Of a DNA stretch of 64,000 nucleotides, positions 1 through 7,429 are shown in pieces (within the stretch, counting starts at the first letter, position 1; every line of letters starts with the position of its first letter). The notes beneath the pieces were generated by a model. The model saw only the letters and a program-made list of their open reading frames with translations, did no database searches and was not told where the DNA came from. Location of the stretch: contig JAHBWE010000017.1 in assembly GCA_019637155.1 (NCBI GenBank), forward strand, positions 211,627 to 275,626, in the 5' to 3' direction. The translations under genes and the position numbers were made by a program. The DNA comes from Labilithrix sp. (lineage in GTDB: Bacteria; Myxococcota_A; Polyangia; Polyangiales; Polyangiaceae).

Positions 1-424
1 TGTGGACCCGCTCGCCGGCGAGATCGGCGTCGAGCTCGAACGCGACGGAGACGTTGCGGTCCTCGTCGACCGCGATCGCGGTCTGCTGGAGCGCAACCCA
101 CGCCGGATGGGGATCGTGGCCCATGCTCGCGAGCAGCTCCGCGGTGGACGCGAGCTTCTTCGTCGTCCAGCGACGCTCTCCCTGGCTCGCGTTCGTCACG
201 TACCAGACGTCGTCGCCGTTCCTCACGACGGCATGAACGCCCCCCGCCCTGTCCACCGCGCTCGCGACGAGCCCGAGCCCGTCTCCGCTCATGAGCTCCT
301 TCACGCGCGGGACGGAGAACTGGCTCTCGGCGGTCACCTCCGCCGGTGGGGCCGACGCGCTGCAGGCGAGCGCGCCCGACGAGAGACCGAAGACCAGGAG
401 AGCCGGCGAAAGATGGTGGCGCAT
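1..424 (-). CDS. Putative lipoprotein, partial (C-terminus lies beyond the window start). N-terminus reads MRHHLSPALLVFGLSSGALACSAS.
   Basis: Reverse-strand reading from ATG (revcomp at 422-424) gives a signal peptide with a Cys lipobox and normal composition. The overlapping + ORF 2..871 is Arg-rich wrong-frame. Confidence 0.5.
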   Translation of the reverse strand, partial: MRHHLSPALLVFGLSSGALACSASAPPAEVTAESQFSVPRVKELMSGDGLGLVASAVDRAGGVHAVVRNGDDVWYVTNASQGERRWTTKKLASTAELLASMGHDPHPAWVALQQTAIAVDEDRNVSVAFELDADLAGERVH

Positions 425-549
425 GCCGAGACCTGGTGCACAACGTGCGCCACTTACCTACATGCAATTTGCTCGCATTTTTGGCGGATCGTCGGCGAGT
501 CGTGGAGCGCGACCGCCTCGGTTTGGGGCGCGCTATCGTGCCGGGCGCG

Positions 550-1584
550 GTGCGTGCGCTCCTTCCTCTCGTCCTGCTCGCGGCGTGCGCCGAGCCGAGG
601 GCCGTCGCGATCGCGCCGGTGCCTTCGGCGGCGCCCCTCGAGATCGCGCCGATCGACGCGGGCGCGTCGCGCGCGGACGCGGCGCCGAGCGCGCCACCGC
701 CGAGCTGCGCGCGCACGCCGTGCCTCGTGGCGTCGAACGTCGAGCTCTACACGATCGCGCGGCGGGAGCTCTTCATGGTGCGGGAGTACGCGGCCCGGAC
801 GGCGCTCGTTCGGCACGGCCTCGACGATGGGATCGACGCCGAGCTCGTCACCGATCTCCGTCCGGCGCTGAACGATTCGATCGTCGCGCTGGAGGTCGAC
901 GCGGACAGCGTCGCGATCGCGACGAGCTTCGACGTCCTCCTCGTCGATCGCGCTCGCAAGGCGTCCGTCCCCCTCTTTCACGACTCCTGGGCTATCACCG
1001 ACGTCGCCCTCGACCCGACGTCGCTCTTCGTCCTCACGCGCGACTGCGCCGTGAAGAAGGTCGCGCGCGCCGGCGGCTCGCCGATCGTCCTCGCGCGCGG
1101 GACCGGCAAGTCCTGCATGGGGCTCTCGTTACGGCTCGACGGCGACGACGTGCTCTTCTCCAGCGAGCACACGATCTCGGCGGTCCCTCGCGCCGGCGGC
1201 GCGGTACGGACGCTCGCGACGCTGCAGCCGGACTCCACGATCCTCGACATCGTGCCGAACGGCGCGTTCGTCTACGCGCTGGCGATGACGTCGCGCGGCT
1301 CGGTCCTCGTGCGCGTGCCGAGGAGCGGCGGGCGGGCCACGGACGTCGCACCGGCCGGCATGGCGACCTCCACCCACGCCTTGGCGGTCGACGAGCAGCG
1401 CGCCTTCTGGCTCGAGATCCGCGGCCCAGGGTACGCGCTGATGAGCGCGCCCAAGGACGGCGGCGAGCCCATCGTGGTCCGCCGCGGCGCCGGCTCCATA
1501 TCGAGCCTGACATCCGCACCCGACGGCCTCTACTTCCTCGTCCACACCCCCCGCAACGACCTGATGCGACTCGACAACCCCTGA
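550..1584 (+). CDS. Hypothetical lipoprotein, possibly beta-propeller-like. GTG start gives VRALLPLVLLAACAEP.
   Basis: The C-terminal 340 aa of ORF 346..1584 has normal composition. The signal peptide plus LAAC lipobox begins at the GTG at 550. The upstream part of the ORF is Arg-rich. Confidence 0.5.
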   Translation: MRALLPLVLLAACAEPRAVAIAPVPSAAPLEIAPIDAGASRADAAPSAPPPSCARTPCLVASNVELYTIARRELFMVREYAARTALVRHGLDDGIDAELVTDLRPALNDSIVALEVDADSVAIATSFDVLLVDRARKASVPLFHDSWAITDVALDPTSLFVLTRDCAVKKVARAGGSPIVLARGTGKSCMGLSLRLDGDDVLFSSEHTISAVPRAGGAVRTLATLQPDSTILDIVPNGAFVYALAMTSRGSVLVRVPRSGGRATDVAPAGMATSTHALAVDEQRAFWLEIRGPGYALMSAPKDGGEPIVVRRGAGSISSLTSAPDGLYFLVHTPRNDLMRLDNP

Positions 1585-1589
1585 CCGGC

Positions 1590-2243
1590 TCAGCAGATCG
1601 CGCCGCGCGGGATGCAGGCGAGCTGGCCCCAGCAGAACTGGCAGCTCTGGCCGTCGCTGCAGACGTCGTCGCCGCACTGATCGTCGTTCTTCGGGGGGAA
1701 CGGGAAGTCCGGCATCCGCACGACCTCGACGGTGATGCTGAAGGTCTTCGCGGCGGGAGCGTCCGCCGACTCCCACGGGCGGCGGTACTCGAGCGTGAGC
1801 GCGTGCTTGCCGATCTTCGACATGACCGGCGCGCCCGTCACGTCCGTGACCGGGTTCGTGTGCCACTTGAAGACGGCGGTGCCGCCCGAGCCGACCGGCG
1901 GGGCGATCGGCAGACCGGTGGGCTCGCCCTCGAGCGTCGGACGACCGCGCGTCGCGGCGGTCTCGTAGGTCGACGCGTACGGATACGCGAAGGTGCGGTT
2001 GGTCCGCGTGACCTTCCACTGGTAGCCCGTCGTCGCGTTGGCGGGGAGACGGAGCACGAAGTCCTGCCCCTCGTAGACGCGAACGGTCTTGCCCTCGTCG
2101 GCGTCGGTCGCGATCTCCTCGGCCGCGACGGAGAGCTCGTTCTCGCTGGCCGCGGGGGCCTCTTCGCCGCTGTCCGCAGAGCAGCCGACGGTGGAGAGAG
2201 CGAGAGCGAAGGTGCCGAGAGCGACGATGGAAAGAAGACGCAT
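1590..2243 (-). CDS. Chagasin-family peptidase inhibitor (I42) lipoprotein with a Cys-rich C-terminal extension.
   Basis: Signal peptide with lipobox (ALSTVGC). Chagasin motifs are present: NATTGYQW, GSGGTAVFKW, YRRPWE. The C-terminal 40 aa carry 8 Cys. Confidence 0.8.
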   Translation of the reverse strand: MRLLSIVALGTFALALSTVGCSADSGEEAPAASENELSVAAEEIATDADEGKTVRVYEGQDFVLRLPANATTGYQWKVTRTNRTFAYPYASTYETAATRGRPTLEGEPTGLPIAPPVGSGGTAVFKWHTNPVTDVTGAPVMSKIGKHALTLEYRRPWESADAPAAKTFSITVEVVRMPDFPFPPKNDDQCGDDVCSDGQSCQFCWGQLACIPRGAIC

Positions 2244-2409
2244 GACGATGACTCCTCAGGTGGGGCCTTGGTGACCATGTGGTTTTGACTCCTACACGCC
2301 GATTGTCGAGCGGTTTTTTCGAGAATATTTTGCGTCTCCGTGAGTCCTCCTTCGCCAGCCGGCCCATCCACGTCGCCGCGATCCGGCGGATGTCCGAAGG
2401 CCGAGCTCC

Positions 2410-4197
2410 CTACTCCCGCGTGGATCCATCTTCGTCGGGAGGGCCCGCGCGGAACGTGATCTGGAGCGTCACGTTGGTCTCGCGCGCGATCTCGACGACC
2501 TGCCTCCGCTGGCGGACGCTACGGAGGACGCAGCTCGGAAGGTCGACTGCTCCGGCGTCGGCGCTCACGCCGTCCGCGGTCGAGATGTAGCCCTCGGCGT
2601 CGACGACGAGGTGCAACACCACCGTCGCCACGTCGAGGGTTGGAGCCGACCTCCGCGCGTCGAGATAACAACGTCGAAGGGCGCGATCGCGCGTGAGGTC
2701 GCGAGCGCCGGAGTCCGGAGGAACGAAGCCGCCCGGCTTCGCCTCGAACGAGAGGTCCACCGTCGGCGTGGGACGCGCGTCGGGATCCTCGAGCACGTAG
2801 CCCGGATCCTTCCCCCGCAAGACGTCGAACACCCTCTCTTCACGTTCGGCCGTCGTGTACGGACGCATCAGCGCCTCCGCGTCGAAGGGCTCGGCGGCGG
2901 ACGACGCCGCCGGAGCTCCAGCGTCGGTCGCCTCGGTGCGCCGGCATCCGAGCAGCCCGAGCGCGAGGACGAACCCGCGCCGACGAAGGAGCGCGATCGC
3001 CGCGAGCGCGAAGACCCATCCGCCGCCGCCCGCGGCTCCGGGCGCGGTCGCGCACGAGGCGGAGCGTTTCTTCTGCTCTTCGTCGGCCGCCTCGTCGAGC
3101 TGCCGCCGCGTGTACTTCATCCTCTGGAGCACGTCGCCCTCACCGCCGGCGAGCGCGGGATCGAGCACGCCGAGGAGCACGCGATGCGCGTCCTCGTCCG
3201 CGCGCGTGAACGTCTCGTCGTTGAACAGGTTCACGAGGACGACGTCGCCGTATCCTTCTCGCGACGACTTCAAATCGCGGAACGGCTGCACCCAGAGCTT
3301 CGGCGCGCGCGGCACGATCGCGGCGAGGTCGGGGCCCAGCGCGAGGGCGACGTCCTCCGGCGTGACCTCGGGTTGCCAGCTGTACGACCACGGCCGGCGC
3401 CATCCGACGGCCTTCCCCGGCCCCGCGTCCTTCGTGCAGCGCGCGACGTCGATCATCCGATCGCGCGTGATCGTCCACCCGAGGAGCGTGCGCGGGCGAA
3501 GGAGGTCCATCCCCTTCGGATGCGTCGCGTCCATGTACGGGTAGTACGGCTTCGGCGTCTTGAAGCGGATCCGCACCGTCTCGCTCGTCATGCTCTTCGT
3601 CGCGGAGGCGGGCGCGTCGTACTTGAACGCGACGAAGAAGAACTTCAGCCTGACGTAGTGCTCGAGCCAGGAGCGCGCCTCCGTCGGGATCACGAAGCCG
3701 TTGTCGCCGAGCCACTCGTCGAACGCCCCCGCCTCCGAGGCCTGGAGCGTGAACGCGGTGAAGCTCCCGATCTTCTGCTGCGCGAGGACCTCCACCGGCT
3801 CGGCGTCCGGCTTGGCCGCCGACGCGCCCCCTCCCCCGAGGCCCGGCACGTGTTTCATCGGCGGCGGGGCCTTGTAGGGGACGTAGGGCATCCGCTGCTG
3901 CAGCCGGTCGAACGGCGGATCCTTCACCGCGAAGACCTCGGGCTTCGTCGGCGTGGGGACGACGAAGCCGAAGCCCTGCGCGGCGCGCTCGAAGCGAGCC
4001 TCGCGCACGAAGTCCTCCTCCTTCGTCTCTCGATCCCAGACGAGGAGCGTGCGCTCGACGCTCAGGTACGGCGTCTTGAGCGTGTCCTCCGTGCTCTCGG
4101 CCGAAGGCCGCGTGAACATCCCGCACGCCTTCGCGTCGGGCGGGAGGAACACGGTGAACGAGACCACGAGGACCGCGAAGCCGATGAGACGGAGCAC
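2410..4197 (-). CDS. Secreted DUF2330-like protein. It has an internal MYXO-CTERM-like segment followed by a lipobox and a TonB-C-like C-terminal domain.
   Basis: Long ORF with good composition. The probable start is the GTG at 4197 (VLRLIGFAVLVVSF), since the ATG at 4317 overlaps the divergent start at 4316. Residues 420-447 read SASCATAPGAAGGGGWVFALAAIALLRRRG. Confidence 0.65.
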   Translation of the reverse strand: MLRLIGFAVLVVSFTVFLPPDAKACGMFTRPSAESTEDTLKTPYLSVERTLLVWDRETKEEDFVREARFERAAQGFGFVVPTPTKPEVFAVKDPPFDRLQQRMPYVPYKAPPPMKHVPGLGGGGASAAKPDAEPVEVLAQQKIGSFTAFTLQASEAGAFDEWLGDNGFVIPTEARSWLEHYVRLKFFFVAFKYDAPASATKSMTSETVRIRFKTPKPYYPYMDATHPKGMDLLRPRTLLGWTITRDRMIDVARCTKDAGPGKAVGWRRPWSYSWQPEVTPEDVALALGPDLAAIVPRAPKLWVQPFRDLKSSREGYGDVVLVNLFNDETFTRADEDAHRVLLGVLDPALAGGEGDVLQRMKYTRRQLDEAADEEQKKRSASCATAPGAAGGGGWVFALAAIALLRRRGFVLALGLLGCRRTEATDAGAPAASSAAEPFDAEALMRPYTTAEREERVFDVLRGKDPGYVLEDPDARPTPTVDLSFEAKPGGFVPPDSGARDLTRDRALRRCYLDARRSAPTLDVATVVLHLVVDAEGYISTADGVSADAGAVDLPSCVLRSVRQRRQVVEIARETNVTLQITFRAGPPDEDGSTRE

Positions 4198-4315
4198 GCC
4201 CGCACGATAGATCACCGAGTCCGGCGCGGCACGGATTGGCACAGCCGCGAGCGCGCGATCGCCGGCAATTGTAGGCACCGCGAGGTGGCACCGCCCTTGC
4301 GGAAGACGGACCATC

Positions 4316-6596
4316 ATGCGTCGCTTCCCTACCCTGCTCGCCGTCCCCGTCTCCCTCGCCGCGTTCTACATCGGCTGCGCCGGCGGAGAGTCCCGAGGCC
4401 CATCCACCTTCGAAGAAGCCCAGGCGGACTACCAGCGCTGCCTCGACGACGAGCGGACACGGCTCGGTCAGTCGGCGAGCAACGGCGCGAGCGGCGAGGA
4501 CCCCAAGGGCCCGTTCGGCGCGCATCTCATCGCGACCGACACGACCACCGTCGCGAACGCGATGCGCGAGAACCTCAAGGGCTCCGTGCGCGTCAGCGTC
4601 GAGCGCGACCGCGTCGCTCGGATCGCGACGGTGCGCTGCGCTTCGCTGAAGCCGGACCCGGAGCGCTGGGCGACGGGCGACGGGCGACGGCTGGTCGGCG
4701 GACGCCGGAGCCTTCTCGTCGTCGACCTCCGGCGCGCCGGCCAGAGGGTCCGCTCCGCCGGCGGCCGAGAGCGCGAAGCAGGCGTCGGGCACCAACAACC
4801 AAGTCGCCGGCGTCGACGAGGCCGACTTCGTCAAAAACGACAACAAGTATATTTACGTCGTCAACGGCTCGCACTTCCGCATCGTCGACGCCTTCCCCGG
4901 CTCGAACATGCACCAGATCGCCGACGTGACGGTGCCCGGGACGGCGAAGAAGCTCTTCGTCGAAGGCACGCGCGCCGTCATCTACTCGTCCATCCCGCGC
5001 CAGAGCGGCGGCTACGACCCGTACGGCGGGAGCGGCGGCGAGTGCACGTACGGCTACGACGGCTGCGTCCCGTCCGGCGACGGCACCGAGACCGAAATAT
5101 CGATCTTCGACATCTCCACCCTCTCCGCGCCGCGGCTCGTGCGGAGCATCCACTCGTCGAGCTCGCTCATCGCCGCGCGTCGGGTCGGCAAGGCGATCCA
5201 CACCGTCCTCGGGCAGCCGTCCCCGTTCTCGGGCGCCGGCACGTACGTCTACGTCGACCTGCCCGAGGACGCGACCGAGGCCGCGGTCAACGCCGCGTAC
5301 GGCCGCGCCCTCGACCAGCGCCTCCGCGAGATCGACGCGCAGAAGATCGAGGGCCAGCTCCTCCCGAGCTGGAGCGACAGCGCGGGCGCGCCGATCGAGA
5401 CGGGCCTCTACACGTCGAGCATGCCCGACGGCACGGCGCTGACGAGCGTGCTCTCCGTCGACATGACGACGGCGGACAAGCTCTCGATCGCGTCGGTCAT
5501 CAGCCGCCCCGGCTGGGTCTACGCGTCGTCGGAGGCGCTCTACATGGCCGTGCCGCACCAGCAGATCTCCGGCTGGGGCTGGTACGAAGGCCGCTCCGAG
5601 AAGGAGCTCTCCACCATCCACAAGTTCGCCGTCGGCGCGGACGCGCGCGCCACCTCGTACGTCGGGTCGGGCTTCGTGAAGGGCCGCGTCCTGAACCAGC
5701 TCGCGATGGACGAGGACAAGGGCTTCCTCCGCGTCGCGACGACGACGGGCCACCTCCCCTCCCCCAACGCGCACAATACGATCTCGATCCTCGAGACGAA
5801 GAACGGCGAGCTCGTCGAGACCGGCAAAATCGATAACGTCGCGCCGTCGGAGGACATCCGCTCCGTGCGCTTCGACGGCGACCGCGGCTACATCGTCACG
5901 TTCAAGAAGACCGACCCCCTCTTCGTCTTCGACCTCGCCGATCCGCGCGCGCCGAAGACGCTCGGCGAGCTGAAGATCCCGGGGTTCTCGACCTACATCC
6001 ACATGATGGACCCGACCCACCTCCTCACGATCGGGTACGACGCGGCGGACCACGGCGACTTCGCCTACTTCACCGGCGTGCTCCTCCAGATCTTCGACGT
6101 GTCGAACCCGACCGATCCGAGGCTCACGCACAAGGAGGTCATCGGCACGCGCGGCTCGAGCTCGGAGGCGCTCACGAACCACCTCGCCTTCACCTACTTC
6201 GCGCCGAAGAACCTCCTCGCGCTGCCGATGACGGTCTGCGAGGGCGGCGACACGAACGGCGGCTACGGCACGCAGATGACGTTCAGCGGCCTCATGGTCT
6301 ACGACGTCACCGCGCAGGGCGGCTTCAAGCTCCGCGGCAAGGTCGCGCACCCGAGCGCCGTCGACGAGCAGCAGTACGGCAGCGTCAACACCTGGGGCTA
6401 CTACGACTCCGCCTGCTCGAACTGGTGGAGCAACGCGAAGAGCGAAGTGAAGCGCAGCATCGTGATGGACGACTGGGTCTACAGCGTCAGCGACACGCGC
6501 ATCAAAGCCAACGCGCTCCCGAACCTCGGCGCCGACGTGAAGGAGGTCTCCGTCGCCGACCCCGACGCGAAGCCGACGAGCCCGTACGACTACTGA
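4316..6596 (+). pseudogene. Beta-propeller domain (PF09826-like) lipoprotein, frameshifted at a 3x GCGACGG heptamer repeat. The downstream part is intact as ORF 4908..6596.
   Basis: The lipoprotein N-terminus (MRRFPTLLAVPVSLAAFYIGCAGG) is in frame 2. The conserved body (VAGVDEADFVKNDNKYIYVVNG...) is in frame 0 from ~4650. Removing one 7-mer copy fuses them cleanly. Confidence 0.6.
4669..4690 (+). repeat. Perfect tandem triplication of the heptanucleotide GCGACGG at the frameshift point.
   Basis: Direct reading of the sequence: ctgg gcgacgg gcgacgg gcgacgg ctgg. Confidence 0.7.
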
Positions 6597-6637
6597 CCCG
6601 CCGCGCCGGCGAGCGCGCTCGTCCGTCGCGACCTGAC

Positions 6638-7270
6638 TCACCACTCGCGGAGGTCGTCGAGCCAGCGCTCGGCGTCGGCGGCAGCGACGGCCATCCCGCG
6701 AGCGAGCGCGAAGTACGCGTCGGCCGCTTCGTCGCGACGGAGCGTGTCGATGGCGTGCTTCGCGTCGACGCGATTGAGCGCCTTCACGAGGTCGTCGAGC
6801 ACCACCTTCGCCTTCGGCTTCGCCGCCTTCGCGCCGAGCTTCCTCGCGGCGGCGTTGGCCTTCTTCCACGCCGCCATCGCCGCGCGGCCGAACGCGGGCT
6901 CGTCGTCTTCCCAGTGGCGGAACGGATTGCCGAGGTTTTCGGCGATCCACGCGTCGCTCTTCGCCCCGCGGATCGCGAGCGCGCCGGCGCCCTCCTGCGA
7001 CTTCGCGAGCGCCGCGGCGTCGGCCTTGTTCAGCCCGCGGATCGTGAGCCCGTCGAACCGCCAGCTCGTGGGCCAGCGCTTCGCGTCGAGCTCGTACAGC
7101 TCCGCGATCGTCAGCTCGCGGAGGCCCTTCAACGCGGCGAGACCGCTCGCGTCGGTGAGCCGGCCCGGCGCCCCACGCAGCGTGAGCTCGACGAGTTGCG
7201 TGTACTTCGCAAGTGCCTTCGTGTCGGTCTCGCGGAGCGCGCGGTACTCGACGGACCGTACGTCCTCCAT
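6638..7270 (-). CDS. Hypothetical protein.
   Basis: Normal composition with Lys present. The opposing + ORF is Ser/Ala-rich junk. Confidence 0.55.
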   Translation of the reverse strand: MEDVRSVEYRALRETDTKALAKYTQLVELTLRGAPGRLTDASGLAALKGLRELTIAELYELDAKRWPTSWRFDGLTIRGLNKADAAALAKSQEGAGALAIRGAKSDAWIAENLGNPFRHWEDDEPAFGRAAMAAWKKANAAARKLGAKAAKPKAKVVLDDLVKALNRVDAKHAIDTLRRDEAADAYFALARGMAVAAADAERWLDDLREW

Positions 7271-7429
7271 CCCTCGCGGCGGCGCCAGTTCGTACCACCG
7301 TCCTGATCCGATCGATCGTGTGGTGCCGCGGGCCCTCGAACGCGTTCCCCATGAGGATGGGCGTGCCTTGCCTAAACCCTCGTAAACACTGGCCCGCAGC
7401 CAGGCATACTACATGTAGGAGACCCCTTC

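Noticed and set aside
291-2288. 665-aa + ORF spanning the first 2.3 kb.
   Set aside because: The composition is junk (RRGRGAER...). The real genes here are the minus-strand lipoprotein (1-424), the + lipoprotein (550-1584) and the minus chagasin-like gene.
2611-4929. 772-aa + ORF, and similar very long ORFs (4593-7352 -, 7213-10830 +, 10846-13497 -, 23755-28230 -, 41228-45523 -, 45527-47896 -, 50193-53045 +).
   Set aside because: Extremely Arg/Ala/Gly/Pro-rich low-complexity translations antisense to, or out of frame with, well-supported genes. These are typical stop-free wrong frames in about 70% GC DNA.
4316-5836. 506-aa + ORF as a single intact gene.
   Set aside because: After about residue 125 the translation becomes Arg-rich junk. 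The real continuation is in the frame of ORF 4908-6596, so the locus is called a frameshifted gene instead.
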